Source: Syntrophales bacterium (lineage in GTDB: Bacteria; Desulfobacterota; Syntrophia; Syntrophales; UBA4778). From it: a stretch of DNA of 64,000 bases. Under the pieces are notes generated by a model. That model searched no databases. It saw only the letters and a program-made list of their open reading frames with translations, and was not told the origin of the DNA. Location: contig JBHGBI010000001.1 of assembly GCA_041946925.1 (NCBI GenBank), forward strand, positions 32,884 to 96,883, given 5' to 3'. The position numbers and the translations under genes were made by a program. Below, one piece after another: positions 1-10,088 of this stretch. How positions within the stretch are numbered: position 1 is the first letter of the stretch; each line of letters begins with the position of its first letter.

Positions 1-148
1 CGATCTCGCCGGTCCTGTCCCTGAGGCGCAGGCTCAGATACGGCGAGCCCTTTTGAGAAAAGGTCATGTTTTTTTCCGTGACCAGAAAAGAATCGTGAAC
101 CTGGTCCCCCGCCTTGATTTGTCTGATGAAAATATTTTTATGGCTCAT
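1..148 (-). CDS. OB-fold/HD-domain nuclease (YhaM-like) N-terminal fragment; gene runs off the left edge
   Basis: Absent from the ORF track because it is open at the window edge. Manual minus-strand translation from the ATG (complement of 146-148) gives MSHKNIFIRQIKAGDQVHDSFLVTEKNMTFSQKGSPYLSLRLRDRTGEI. The G-x-QV...FLV...G-x-P[FY]L-x-L-x-L-x-D-x-[ST]GEI pattern resembles the OB-fold N-terminus of YhaM-type nucleases. Confidence 0.4.
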   Translation of the reverse strand, partial: MSHKNIFIRQIKAGDQVHDSFLVTEKNMTFSQKGSPYLSLRLRDRTGEI

Positions 149-289
149 AATTTTACTCTCGTGATCTTTGCATGAGACGTTTTGTATTTAAATTCTAACT
201 CCCGATTCTAAGCACTAAACAAATTCCAAAATTCCAAAACCTACGGGACCTGCAAATCTGGAGCATTGAAATTTTGCAAAGATTTATCT

Positions 290-1096
290 TCAACCAGGCG
301 TTCCTTCCCATTCATCGATTATGCGTTCCCGATGCGTGTAAATTCTGAATTTTCCCCCTCGCACATATCCTATCAGGGTGATACCCTCGGAAGCGGCCAA
401 TTCGACCGCCATGGAGGTCGGTGCGGAATGGGATATTACGACCGATATCCCCATACGGGAAATCTTCGTTATTATTTCAGACGAAATCCTTCCGGTAGTG
501 AGGATTATTTTATCCGAACAATCCATCTTGTTAAGCAAAGAGAATCCTCCCAGCATATCGATCGTATTATGCCTTCCGATATCCTCTCTCGCTGCGATTA
601 TTTTTCGGGAATCCGCCAGGGCAGAGCAGTGGGTTCCGCGCGTCACGTCGTGCAGCTTCGACGAAAGCAGAAGCCCTTTCATCAGGCGGTAGACAGTGTC
701 GGGAGAAAAGACCGGCCCCGGTGTCATTTTCCTCAGCAGCGGTTTTTTTTTCGCTTTTCGGAACCTGGCCCCGCTGGAGCCGATCACCTTCCGGGTGGGG
801 AGTCCGTAAAGGGCATCGCGCCCAGTGCTGATCCGGACGCTTCCCTTCGACTTGGAGACGGTTATGGCCCTGATATCCTCGGATGTCGTTATCAGACCTT
901 CCGATCTCACGTATCCGATTGCGAGTTCCTTCAGGTGATTGCCCGTGCAGGCGAGGCTGATCAGGCGCTCGCCATTGAACACGATATCGAGAGAAGTTTC
1001 CCGGATAAGCGTTGTCCGCACGTCCGAGGGGATGACACCTTCATAAGAGCGGATATTGAGCCGGACGACGCCGTCCGGCAAATCGCCGTTTTTCAT
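290..1096 (-). CDS. fdhD: formate dehydrogenase accessory sulfurtransferase FdhD
   Basis: 268-aa ORF with the EDIGRHNTID motif and a C-terminal SAPTSMAVELA region typical of FdhD. Its start overlaps the selB stop (ATGA at 1093-1096). Confidence 0.85.
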   Translation of the reverse strand: MKNGDLPDGVVRLNIRSYEGVIPSDVRTTLIRETSLDIVFNGERLISLACTGNHLKELAIGYVRSEGLITTSEDIRAITVSKSKGSVRISTGRDALYGLPTRKVIGSSGARFRKAKKKPLLRKMTPGPVFSPDTVYRLMKGLLLSSKLHDVTRGTHCSALADSRKIIAAREDIGRHNTIDMLGGFSLLNKMDCSDKIILTTGRISSEIITKISRMGISVVISHSAPTSMAVELAASEGITLIGYVRGGKFRIYTHRERIIDEWEGTPG

Positions 1097-3006
1097 TTCC
1101 CTTCCCGGTCTCTCAAGAGCCGGTGATCTCCGACCCTCATAGTAAACTTGATCAGATCGAAATATTCCAGAAGGGGAATAATATATTTGCGGCTCAGTCC
1201 GGTCAACTCTTTAAAATCGGCGGGGGTTGATTTTCCTTTTCTCAACAGAAGCCCTCGATAATCCTGCTGGAGACGCTCCAGTTCATCCCTGTGGAAATAC
1301 AGCTCCTCATTGATTTTGACCAGAACGCCTTCTTTCTGCATGACCCCCATGACGCTGCCCACGGGGGCGTTTTTACCAAAGCGCTCGACAACTTCCCGGA
1401 TTGTGGGCGGAGTCAACTTCGAAGACAAATAGATTTCCGATATCTTTTTTCGGAGTTCCCCCAGGTCGCCTTTCAAATCCATCCGGTGGTCCGGAGTTCT
1501 CAGGATATCTTTCTCCACAAGAATTCTGCCGTCTTTTTCCAGTTCCCGGATGACAAGATTGAAGAGCCTGGAATCGAGATAGCCCTGTGCCGATTTCAGC
1601 TCTTCTTTGGCAATGCCGGGCTTCAGCGGGGCTCTGTCCTGATAGGATTTTATTTCCGAAAAAATCCGCTCGCGGATTTTTTTGTAGATGGAAGGAGAAA
1701 CCACTCTCATTTCATCGGTATCGAGCAGAATTGCTTCTCTTTTCAAGATCAGCTCTTTTATGAGAATATCAAGTGTGTCCGGAGATATCCCTGTTCTGAC
1801 CGAAAGCCCGCGCATGGGTATTCCCGATGTCCCCGACCTTTCCAGGATAACCGCAGCCTTTTCTGCATCGGTACCTTTGCGCAGAGGCTCGAATTCCGCG
1901 TCTGTCACACCTGAGTGTCTCTTATGCTTTTTGGGCAAAGGATCCAGGATCTGACCGCCGCCGATGGTCCTGATCGGCGAATAGCTCCGGACAACGAACC
2001 TGTCGCCCGCCATGTTGACGCCGGGAGTCTCAAATACAATCTGGGCATAGGCGCTTTCACCAGGTTCGATCTCATCCCTGTCAAGCAGTATCAGCCGGGA
2101 GATCGTCTCCACGGTTCCGGTATGAAAGCGTACAAGCGTCCTGTTCTTCAGCTTTCCGGAAGCACAGGGAAGATATCTCAACAGGGTATCGATCCGGCTT
2201 GTCGGTTCGAAGATGCCGGGATGGGCAATTAGAGCACCCCTCGCAATGGATTGCCTGTCGACCCCCTGCAGATTGACCGCGGTTCTCTGGCCCTTTTCTG
2301 CAAACTCCACTGCCTGATTATGGACCTGAATCCCCCTTACCCGCGCCGTAATCTTCCCGGGCAGTATCTCGATCATTTCTCCTGTGCGCAGTTTTCCGGA
2401 AATCAGAGTACCTGTCACGACCGTTCCGAAACCCCGCATGGTAAATACCCTGTCTACCGGAAGCCGGAATATGCCGCTCGTAGAGGTCTCCTCCATCCCC
2501 GAGGCGAGCTCTTCCAGAGCCGAGAGAAACTCCGGAATGCCCTCCCCTGTCTCCGATGACAGAGGTATGATCGGCGAGGATTCCAGGAAACTTCCCTTGA
2601 GAAACTCTTTTATATCCTCCGTGACCAGCGACAGCCATTGCGCCTCGACGAGGTCGGTTTTTGTCAGGGCGACAAGGCCGTGTCTTATTCCCAGGAGCGT
2701 ACATATATCGAGATGCTCTTTCGTCTGCGGCATGATCCCCTCATCCGCTGCGATGACGAGCGCGACAATGTCAATCCCGCCTGCGCCGGCGACCATGTTC
2801 TTTACGAATTTTTCGTGTCCGGGGACATCCACAATCCCAATCCGCCGGCCGTTCTTGAGGTCGAGGTGGGCAAACCCGAGTTCAATAGTGATTCCGCGTT
2901 CCTTTTCCTCTTTAAGCCTGTCTGTATCGATACCGGTTATGGCCTTGACCAGGGATGTTTTCCCGTGGTCAACGTGTCCCGCGGTGCCGAGGATGATATG
3001 CCTCAT
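1093..3006 (-). CDS. selB: selenocysteine-specific translation elongation factor SelB
   Basis: 637 aa. N-terminal GTPase motifs [13 protein letters not shown] and TKTD, an EF-Tu-like beta-barrel region, and the long C-terminal winged-helix extension characteristic of SelB. Confidence 0.9.
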   Translation of the reverse strand: MRHIILGTAGHVDHGKTSLVKAITGIDTDRLKEEKERGITIELGFAHLDLKNGRRIGIVDVPGHEKFVKNMVAGAGGIDIVALVIAADEGIMPQTKEHLDICTLLGIRHGLVALTKTDLVEAQWLSLVTEDIKEFLKGSFLESSPIIPLSSETGEGIPEFLSALEELASGMEETSTSGIFRLPVDRVFTMRGFGTVVTGTLISGKLRTGEMIEILPGKITARVRGIQVHNQAVEFAEKGQRTAVNLQGVDRQSIARGALIAHPGIFEPTSRIDTLLRYLPCASGKLKNRTLVRFHTGTVETISRLILLDRDEIEPGESAYAQIVFETPGVNMAGDRFVVRSYSPIRTIGGGQILDPLPKKHKRHSGVTDAEFEPLRKGTDAEKAAVILERSGTSGIPMRGLSVRTGISPDTLDILIKELILKREAILLDTDEMRVVSPSIYKKIRERIFSEIKSYQDRAPLKPGIAKEELKSAQGYLDSRLFNLVIRELEKDGRILVEKDILRTPDHRMDLKGDLGELRKKISEIYLSSKLTPPTIREVVERFGKNAPVGSVMGVMQKEGVLVKINEELYFHRDELERLQQDYRGLLLRKGKSTPADFKELTGLSRKYIIPLLEYFDLIKFTMRVGDHRLLRDREGK

Positions 3007-3151
3007 TATCTCTATTTCCTTAATGAAACAAATAAACTAATGGTAAAACATATCAAAATCCTTAAGCTTACACAATTAAAAAGCCTTCAGGACGCGGACG
3101 GTCAAAAAAAGATTGCCAAAAAAAGAGAAATCGTGATAGTTTTATGCATCT

Positions 3152-3595
3152 ATGAGAATACTTGGCCTCGATTACGGGAGCAAGAAAATCGGTTTAGCTG
3201 TTTCAGATGAGCTGGGTGTAACCGCACAGGCCGTTTGCGTGATTGCAAGAAAAAACATGGAACGCGATCTGGAACAGATCGCCGATTATGTCAGCAGATA
3301 TCGGGTCGAAAAGATTGTTGTCGGATATCCGCTCCGGCTGGATGGTTCAGAAGGGGTTCAATGCGGGAAAGTCAACCGGTTCATCGAGCGCCTGTCAGCC
3401 AGGTTTTTGATCCCGGTCGTCCGGTGGGATGAAACCCTTTCCACCCGCGAAGCGGAGGATATCCTGACAGAAGCGAATATCAGTCGGAAGAAGAGGAAGA
3501 GTGTAGTGGATAAAATTGCTGCCGGAATTATTCTTCAATCGTATCTTGATCATCTGAGGGCAAAAAATAATTTCAGAGCCCCTTCATTTTTCTAA
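3152..3595 (+). CDS. ruvX: Holliday junction resolvase-like / pre-16S rRNA nuclease RuvX (YqgF)
   Basis: 147 aa beginning MRILGLDYGSKKIGLAVSD, the YqgF/RNase H-like signature. Size is typical. Confidence 0.85.
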   Translation: MRILGLDYGSKKIGLAVSDELGVTAQAVCVIARKNMERDLEQIADYVSRYRVEKIVVGYPLRLDGSEGVQCGKVNRFIERLSARFLIPVVRWDETLSTREAEDILTEANISRKKRKSVVDKIAAGIILQSYLDHLRAKNNFRAPSFF

Positions 3596-3664
3596 TCAAG
3601 ATTAACCAATAAAATCATAAGCTTGTGAATCTCTTGACCCTATCCTATCCAGGACAGGGTATTT

Positions 3665-4723
3665 ATGCTTTTAGAGGATGTGGATCGCAATCCGGGGAGG
3701 TTGAAGGTGGAGATTCTGAAAATCGTAAGTGAAAAGAAATTTCCGATTGCCTTGCATTTAGTCGCTTTCTTGCTGATTTGTTGCGCTGTTTATCTGAATT
3801 ATTTGAAAACGCCGCTGGATAACAGAAATACGGTTTTGACCATAGAGGTGCCAAGAGGCTCCAATTTCTCCAGGATCATGGACATTCTCGGCGAAGCGGG
3901 ATTGGTCAAGAACAGGCTCGCTTTTTACATTTTTGCGAAACTGAAGGATGCTCCTACGCATATACGGGCGGGGGAATATGAATTAAGCAGCTCCATGTCT
4001 CCGTCGCTGATCATTGATAAACTGATCAGGGGGGAAATCAAAGGGTATCACGTGCCGATACCGGAGGGCTTTACTGTGAGTCAGATCGCATCTACGCTGG
4101 CCGAAAGGGGGCTTGTCAACAAGAAGGAGTTTCTCAGGTTGAGCGTCGATCCGGTCTTCCTTTCATCCCTGAATATACAGGGGAGAAGTCTGGAAGGGTT
4201 TCTTTTTCCTGACACCTATATTTTTACAAAATCTATGAATGAGCGGGAGATTATCACGCTTATGGTCAATCAGTTCTGGAAAAAGATAAAACCCGAGATC
4301 ATCCAGAAAGTGGAGGAACGGGGGTGGACCCTGAATCAGCTTCTGACTATGGCGTCCATGATAGAGAAGGAAGCGAAAATAAAGGAAGAAAAAGCCCTGA
4401 TCTCCGCTGTCTTTCATAACAGACTGAAAAATTCCATGAGATTGCAATGCGACCCGACAGCCGTATACGGGCTGGAAGGTTTCAACGGCATTATTACGAG
4501 AGAGCATCTGAAAAATAACTCCTCTTACAATACGTATAAAATCAACGGCTTGCCTCCGGGACCGATTGCCAACCCCGGTCTGGATTCCATCCTGGCCGCG
4601 CTCTATCCGGCCCAGGTGGATTATCTTTACTTTGTGGCCAGAAATGACGGCTCCCACCAGTTTTCCACCAGCCTGGCGCTTCACAATGAAGCCGTGGCGA
4701 AATTTCAGTTGAAAAGAAATTAA
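3665..4723 (+). CDS. mltG: endolytic murein transglycosylase MltG (YceG family)
   Basis: N-terminal TM helix plus a YceG-like domain with motifs EGFLFPDTY, ASMIEKEA and YNTYKINGLPPGPIANPG. Confidence 0.85.
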   Translation: MLLEDVDRNPGRLKVEILKIVSEKKFPIALHLVAFLLICCAVYLNYLKTPLDNRNTVLTIEVPRGSNFSRIMDILGEAGLVKNRLAFYIFAKLKDAPTHIRAGEYELSSSMSPSLIIDKLIRGEIKGYHVPIPEGFTVSQIASTLAERGLVNKKEFLRLSVDPVFLSSLNIQGRSLEGFLFPDTYIFTKSMNEREIITLMVNQFWKKIKPEIIQKVEERGWTLNQLLTMASMIEKEAKIKEEKALISAVFHNRLKNSMRLQCDPTAVYGLEGFNGIITREHLKNNSSYNTYKINGLPPGPIANPGLDSILAALYPAQVDYLYFVARNDGSHQFSTSLALHNEAVAKFQLKRN

Positions 4724-4754
4724 ATTAAAAAGAGAAGAAAATTAAGTTTTTTGC

Positions 4755-4812
4755 TTGACAAACGGAATCTCCCTCTATATACCAAAGGTGGAGTAAAGTG
4801 GATGATTGTGGA
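4755..4812 (+). promoter_or_regulatory. dcw promoter (TTGACA / TATATA-TATACC) followed by three GTGGA direct repeats with 10-bp periodicity (MraZ-box-like operator)
   Basis: TTGACA at 4755-4760 and a TATA-rich -10 at 4776-4783. GTGGA occurs at 4788-4792, 4798-4802 and 4808-4812, each separated by 5 nt, just upstream of the mraZ SD (GGAGGGAG) and the ATG at 4821. Confidence 0.5.
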
Positions 4813-4820
4813 GGGAGTAA

Positions 4821-5267
4821 ATGTCCGTTTTCCGGGGCAGATATTATCACACCATAGATGGTAAGGGCAGAATCATCTTTCCAGCCAAGCTCCGGGAAGT
4901 CTTTGCCGAAAAATACGACAACCAGATGGTCATCACAAACTGGGACGGCTATCTGATGGTGTTTCCTTACGATGAATGGCGGATACTGGAGGAAAAGATC
5001 AGCCATCAATCTCTGCTTCGCAAGGAAGTAAGGGCATTCCAGCGTTTCTTCATGTCGGGGGCCGTGGATTGCTCTTTTGACAGCCAGGGTCGGGTGCTTA
5101 TTCCGCCCTCTCTGCGGGAATACGCAAAGCTGGAGAAAGAAATCGTCCTTGCCGGGATGGTAAGGGTGATCGAGATCTGGGGTAAAGAGCGCTGGGAGGA
5201 GGAAATCAATAAATCCGGGTCCAATGTCGATTCCTTCAGTGAATACATGGCGGACCTGGGAATATGA
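4821..5267 (+). CDS. mraZ: division/cell wall cluster transcriptional regulator MraZ
   Basis: 148 aa with two MraZ/SpoVT-AbrB repeats ([17 protein letters not shown] and [15 protein letters not shown]). First gene of the dcw cluster. Confidence 0.9.
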   Translation: MSVFRGRYYHTIDGKGRIIFPAKLREVFAEKYDNQMVITNWDGYLMVFPYDEWRILEEKISHQSLLRKEVRAFQRFFMSGAVDCSFDSQGRVLIPPSLREYAKLEKEIVLAGMVRVIEIWGKERWEEEINKSGSNVDSFSEYMADLGI

Positions 5268-5279
5268 CAGGTATCTACT

Positions 5280-6215
5280 ATGGAGCCATTCCACCGGCCG
5301 GTTATGGTGAAAGAGGTGCTCGAGAGTCTTCATTGCAGGCCCGGAGGAATTTATGTGGACGGGACCGTGGGCGGGGCAGGACATGCTGGAGAGATCCTGA
5401 GGGCGACCGCCCCTGACGGGATACTGATCGGGATCGACGCGGATGAGGAGGCGATTGCGGAATCCGAGCGGCGCCTGGCAGGCTTCGGCAAAAGAAAAAT
5501 TCTCATACAGGGCAATTATTCCTCTCTTGCAAAGATTCTATTCGAACTGAATATCAGAGAGGTGGACGGCATATTGCTGGATCTCGGGGTATCGTCACAC
5601 CAGCTCGAGACAGCTGCCCGGGGATTCAGTTTTTCTATCGACGGCCCTTTGGATATGCGCTTTGACCGAAATCAGAAATGGAGTGCATACGATCTGGTCA
5701 ACAGATATTCTGAAGGGGAACTGGCGCGGATCATTGGGGAATACGGCGAGGAGACGATGGCAAGGAGAATCGCCAGGGCCATTACGGGTGCAAGAGAAAA
5801 ATCCCCGGTCAAATCGACCGGAGAACTCGCCGGTATTATCTCGAGAGCCGTGCCCGCGCGCGCGGGAAGAAAAAAAATTCACCCTGCCACCAGAACCTTC
5901 CAGGCCATCAGAATAGCCGTGAACAATGAACTGGCCGATCTACTGAAGGTGATCGATGAGGGGATCGACTTTCTCCGGCCCTCCGGCAGGTTTTCCATAA
6001 TCACTTTCCATTCACTGGAAGACAGGATCGTTAAGAATGCATTCCGCTCCTGGGAGCGGGGCTGCATCTGTCCGGCGGATGTCCCTGTCTGCACCTGCTG
6101 CAGGCAGGCTAAGTTGAAGGTGCTTACCAGAAGACCGCTGACTCCGGGTTCCGATGAGATCCGGTCCAACCCAAGGGCGCGCAGCGCCAAATTGAGGACA
6201 GCCGAGAGGATCTGA
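5280..6215 (+). CDS. rsmH: 16S rRNA (cytosine1402-N4)-methyltransferase RsmH
   Basis: HRPVMVKEVLE, VDGTVGGAGHA and DLGVSSHQL motifs. Conserved position after mraZ. Confidence 0.9.
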   Translation: MEPFHRPVMVKEVLESLHCRPGGIYVDGTVGGAGHAGEILRATAPDGILIGIDADEEAIAESERRLAGFGKRKILIQGNYSSLAKILFELNIREVDGILLDLGVSSHQLETAARGFSFSIDGPLDMRFDRNQKWSAYDLVNRYSEGELARIIGEYGEETMARRIARAITGAREKSPVKSTGELAGIISRAVPARAGRKKIHPATRTFQAIRIAVNNELADLLKVIDEGIDFLRPSGRFSIITFHSLEDRIVKNAFRSWERGCICPADVPVCTCCRQAKLKVLTRRPLTPGSDEIRSNPRARSAKLRTAERI

Positions 6216-6216
6216 T

Positions 6217-6537
6217 ATGCCGGTTTCGAAAACACTCAGGACGCGAGTCTATTTTGAAGAGCAGGAACGTACAGGGATCAAGCTCTCAACCCTTATCCTC
6301 GTCTCCCTGATCCTGATGGCGGCCATTCTTGTCTATGTCTGGTCTCACATTCATTCCACCGAACTCAAGTACCGGATAGCTAAAGAGGTCAGCATTAAAG
6401 AGAATCTCCTTGAGGAAAACAAGAAACTGAAAGTGGAAATCGCGACCTTGAAATCTCCGAAGAGGATCGAAGCCATTGCCAGGCATCAAATGAATATGCA
6501 GCATCCCGAACGAGAACAGGTTATTTTTCTGAAATGA
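6217..6537 (+). CDS. ftsL: cell division protein FtsL
   Basis: 106 aa with a single TM helix followed by a coiled-coil. It sits between rsmH and ftsI, and its stop overlaps the ftsI start (ATGA). Confidence 0.65.
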   Translation: MPVSKTLRTRVYFEEQERTGIKLSTLILVSLILMAAILVYVWSHIHSTELKYRIAKEVSIKENLLEENKKLKVEIATLKSPKRIEAIARHQMNMQHPEREQVIFLK

Positions 6538-8519
6538 CCAGGAAAGCAAAGAAAAAGTGGAAGCTGAGACTCTGGACACTTTTAGCCTTTTTTATCGTTA
6601 TATTTTCGATTCTCATCGGACGGGCATTTCAACTCCAGATCCTTTCGGGCAAGACACTCAAGCCCCTCGCCCACAAACAGCACATAAAAGCGCTTCAGCT
6701 TCAACCTGAAAGAGGGGTCATCCTGGACCGCAACGGCGAGGAACTTGCCGTAAGCATCCTGATGGATTCCGTCTGCGCCGATCCGTCAAGGATTGTTTCC
6801 CAGGAACAGGTGTCTTCCGCTCTTGCCTCCATCATCAATGAGAGCAAGGAATCCATACTGGAGAAAATTTCCGGGTCGAAAAATTTCTGCTGGATCGCGC
6901 GTATGATTTCGCCAGCGCAGGCGGCGGCGGTGCAGGATCTGAAGATAGACGGAATTTACATAGTCAAGGAGCCGAAGAGATTCTATCCGAATCAAGGGCT
7001 GGCCGGTCCTGTTCTGGGTTTTGTGGGTCTGGATTCCGTGGGTCTGGAGGGCATAGAGCTGAAATACGATCATTATCTGAAAAGAGAGCCAGAAAAGATT
7101 ATATGGGGAAGGGACGCAAGGGGAAACAAGCTTTTTCTGAAAGACAACCTTACACGAGAAAAAAATGAGAGAAACTACAATATATTGTTGACAATTGACA
7201 GCAGGATTCAATATCTTGTGGAAACACAATTGAAGAACGCAGTCGAAGAAAAAATGGCCAGGGGCGGAATTGCCATAGTAATGGATCCCCGGACAGGAGA
7301 AATCCTGGCCATGGCCCAGGAACCGGGTTTCAATCCCAATATTTTTTCGAAGAGCAATACAGAACTCCTCAAAAACAGGGCAATTGCCGACTCTTTTGAC
7401 CCCGGCTCAACCTTCAAGCCTTTCGGTGTCGCTGCCGCCCTCGAAGAAGGCGTGGCAAGAGAGGGGGATCGTTTCTACTGTGAAAACGGGGTGTATGTGG
7501 TGGCGAACAGGACTATCCACGAAGCCCAGAAGAAAAAGTACGGTAATTTATCGGTTAGGGAAATTATCAAATATTCCAGTAACATAGGTTGTGCAAAGAT
7601 AAGTCAGAGACTTGGAAAGGATAAATTTTACGACTATATAAGAGACTTCGGTTTCGGGTCCAAGACAGGAATTGATCTCCCCGGCGAAGCTTCGGGAATC
7701 CTCAGGCCTTCGAGCAAATGGACGAAAGTCGATTCCGCCACTATTGCATTCGGCCAGGGGGTCTCTGTGACGGCTATACAGTTGATTACGGCCCTCTGCG
7801 CGATTGCGAACAAGGGCGTTTTAATGAAGCCGTACGTAGTTAAGGCGCTGGTCGATCAAAAAGGACAGATTATCCAGGAATTCAAGCCGGCGCCTGTCAG
7901 ACAGGTTATCTCGGCCCGGACGGCTGAAAGAATGACCTCCATGCTGACCGACGTGGTGTCTGCCGAAGACGGGACGGGAAAAAAGGCCCGCATTCTGAAC
8001 GTTGCGGTTGCGGGCAAGACGGGAACCTCGCAGAAGTTTGATTTTGCCGCCCATAAATACTCGAGCGAGCGTGTCAGGACCTCTTTCATGGGATTCTTCC
8101 CTGCCGATAATCCTCGGATATCCATTTTTGTCATGCTCGACGAGCCCAAGCGGGACAAATGGGGAGGGGTTGCCGCAGCTCCCGTTTTCAGGAATATCGG
8201 GGAACAGATACTGAGGTGTTATGACAGAATGCCCGGAGAAATTGTGGAAGAAAAAGAAGAAGTACCGAAGGATACCGGAATCAGGTTTGTAGCGGCCCAG
8301 GAGATTGCGCCTCCGGATGAACCGGCGGAGGATTCCTCGCTGATGCCGGATTTCAGGGGGATGTCTTTGAAAAATGTGCTGAAGCTGGCCAGGGAGAGGG
8401 GGATCGCCCTCAAAGTAGTCGGGAGCGGGTGGGCTTCGAAACAGGACCCTTCTCCGGGTGTACCGTTGAACGATAATTCTTCCTGCACAGTTGTCTTCAG
8501 TACGGCAGAAAGAGAGTAA
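6534..8519 (+). CDS. ftsI: peptidoglycan D,D-transpeptidase FtsI (class B PBP) with a C-terminal PASTA domain
   Basis: N-terminal TM anchor, PBP dimerisation domain, and transpeptidase motifs STFK (SxxK), SSN and KTGT. The C-terminal ~55 aa (MPDFRGMSLKNVLKLARERGIALKVVGSGWASKQDPSPG) match the PASTA pattern. Confidence 0.85.
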   Translation: MTRKAKKKWKLRLWTLLAFFIVIFSILIGRAFQLQILSGKTLKPLAHKQHIKALQLQPERGVILDRNGEELAVSILMDSVCADPSRIVSQEQVSSALASIINESKESILEKISGSKNFCWIARMISPAQAAAVQDLKIDGIYIVKEPKRFYPNQGLAGPVLGFVGLDSVGLEGIELKYDHYLKREPEKIIWGRDARGNKLFLKDNLTREKNERNYNILLTIDSRIQYLVETQLKNAVEEKMARGGIAIVMDPRTGEILAMAQEPGFNPNIFSKSNTELLKNRAIADSFDPGSTFKPFGVAAALEEGVAREGDRFYCENGVYVVANRTIHEAQKKKYGNLSVREIIKYSSNIGCAKISQRLGKDKFYDYIRDFGFGSKTGIDLPGEASGILRPSSKWTKVDSATIAFGQGVSVTAIQLITALCAIANKGVLMKPYVVKALVDQKGQIIQEFKPAPVRQVISARTAERMTSMLTDVVSAEDGTGKKARILNVAVAGKTGTSQKFDFAAHKYSSERVRTSFMGFFPADNPRISIFVMLDEPKRDKWGGVAAAPVFRNIGEQILRCYDRMPGEIVEEKEEVPKDTGIRFVAAQEIAPPDEPAEDSSLMPDFRGMSLKNVLKLARERGIALKVVGSGWASKQDPSPGVPLNDNSSCTVVFSTAERE

Positions 8520-8528
8520 GGCCGCCTT

Positions 8529-10088
8529 TTGCCGGCGTGTGGAGCGGAGTCTGCAGTGCAATTGAGAGATGTTCTGAAAAACGTTGAAGCCATCGAGGTC
8601 GCGGGGGATCTTTCGGGCGAGGTCTCTTCCATACATTACGATTCCAGGAAGTGCAGAGAAGGCTCGCTCTTCGTTGCTGTGCGGGGCCTGAAGAGGGACG
8701 GCCATGACTATATACGGGAGGCGCTTGCAAGAGGCGCGAAGTATGTCGTGGGCGAGAAAGCTGTTCCCTCGGCGCCGGGCGTCACGGTCATAAGAGTCGG
8801 CAACAGCCGGAGAACCTTGGGATTACTCGGCAGAAATTTTTATCGCGATCCTTCCGCCTGTCTTTCGATAATCGGGGTGACCGGCACAAACGGAAAGACG
8901 ACGGTGACTTTTCTTCTGGAGTCGATTTTGAAGGCGGCGGGATCATGTGTGGGAGTCATCGGGACAATCAATTACCGCTACGGCGGGAAAACGATTCCCG
9001 CCCCGAATACGACTCCCGAGTCGCTGGATCTTCAGCGGGTACTGAGGGAAATGGCCGATGACGGCGTGAATCACGTGATCATGGAAGTGTCCTCGCACGC
9101 CCTTGATCTGGGGCGCGTGGACGATTGCAGGTTCGCGGTGGGCATTTTCACCAACCTGTCCCAGGATCACCTTGATTATCACGGCACGATGGAGAATTAT
9201 TTTTCAGCCAAGAAACGCTTCTTCCGGATGCTTGAGAAGGACGGGAACGGGCGCCTGCGGCCGGGTGTTATTCTCAATGTGGACGATCCCTGGGGGAGAA
9301 GGCTCTACGGCGAAATCGCGGTGGACGCGCTGACGTACGGCTTGGAGCAGGGGGCCGATGTCTCGGCGGATCAGATTCGTCTTTCCGCCGACGGTATTAC
9401 AGCCAGGCTGCTCCTGCCCGGCGGGCAATTCGCAATCCGCTCTTCACTGATCGGAAAATTCAATCTTTACAATGTAATGGCGGCGGCGGCGGCGTGCTCC
9501 TTCCTTCATGTGCCGGACCGGTTCATCCAGGTGGGAATTGAGAACATGAAAACCATTCCCGGCCGCATGGAGAAAGTCAATCTTGAGGGACAACCGGTGG
9601 TCTTTGTCGATTACGCCCATACGGAAGATGCCCTGAAAAGGGTCCTTCAGAATATTTCCGAATTCAAGAAGGGCCGGATCATCACGGTCTTCGGGTGCGG
9701 AGGCGACCGGGACAGGGGGAAAAGGCCGCTGATGGGGAAGACGTCCGCGCAATACAGTGATTTGACCATCGTGACATCCGATAATCCCAGGACCGAAGAC
9801 CCTCTCGCCATCATTGCTGAAATTGAGAGGGGGATCAATTCGGGGGCGTATAAGAAGTATGCAGCGGAGGAACTGGGCGGTTTCGGGCAGAAGGGATATG
9901 CAGTCATCGTCGACCGTAAATCCGCTATTGAGAAGGCCATCTCGATCGCCGCGCCTTCCGATATCGTCCTGATCGCCGGGAAAGGACATGAGAGTTACCA
10001 GATTGTCGGCGGCAGGACGCTGCCGTTCGATGACCGGGCCGTCAGCCGGGAAGTTCTGGAGGGACTGAGAGACAGGAGGTTGTCTTGA
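8529..10088 (+). CDS. murE: UDP-N-acetylmuramoyl-L-alanyl-D-glutamate--2,6-diaminopimelate ligase MurE
   Basis: Mur ligase P-loop [10 protein letters not shown] and a DNPR motif (TSDNPRTEDP) typical of meso-DAP-adding enzymes. The start is uncertain: TTG at 8529, with an alternative GTG at 8556. Confidence 0.9.
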   Translation: MPACGAESAVQLRDVLKNVEAIEVAGDLSGEVSSIHYDSRKCREGSLFVAVRGLKRDGHDYIREALARGAKYVVGEKAVPSAPGVTVIRVGNSRRTLGLLGRNFYRDPSACLSIIGVTGTNGKTTVTFLLESILKAAGSCVGVIGTINYRYGGKTIPAPNTTPESLDLQRVLREMADDGVNHVIMEVSSHALDLGRVDDCRFAVGIFTNLSQDHLDYHGTMENYFSAKKRFFRMLEKDGNGRLRPGVILNVDDPWGRRLYGEIAVDALTYGLEQGADVSADQIRLSADGITARLLLPGGQFAIRSSLIGKFNLYNVMAAAAACSFLHVPDRFIQVGIENMKTIPGRMEKVNLEGQPVVFVDYAHTEDALKRVLQNISEFKKGRIITVFGCGGDRDRGKRPLMGKTSAQYSDLTIVTSDNPRTEDPLAIIAEIERGINSGAYKKYAAEELGGFGQKGYAVIVDRKSAIEKAISIAAPSDIVLIAGKGHESYQIVGGRTLPFDDRAVSREVLEGLRDRRLS

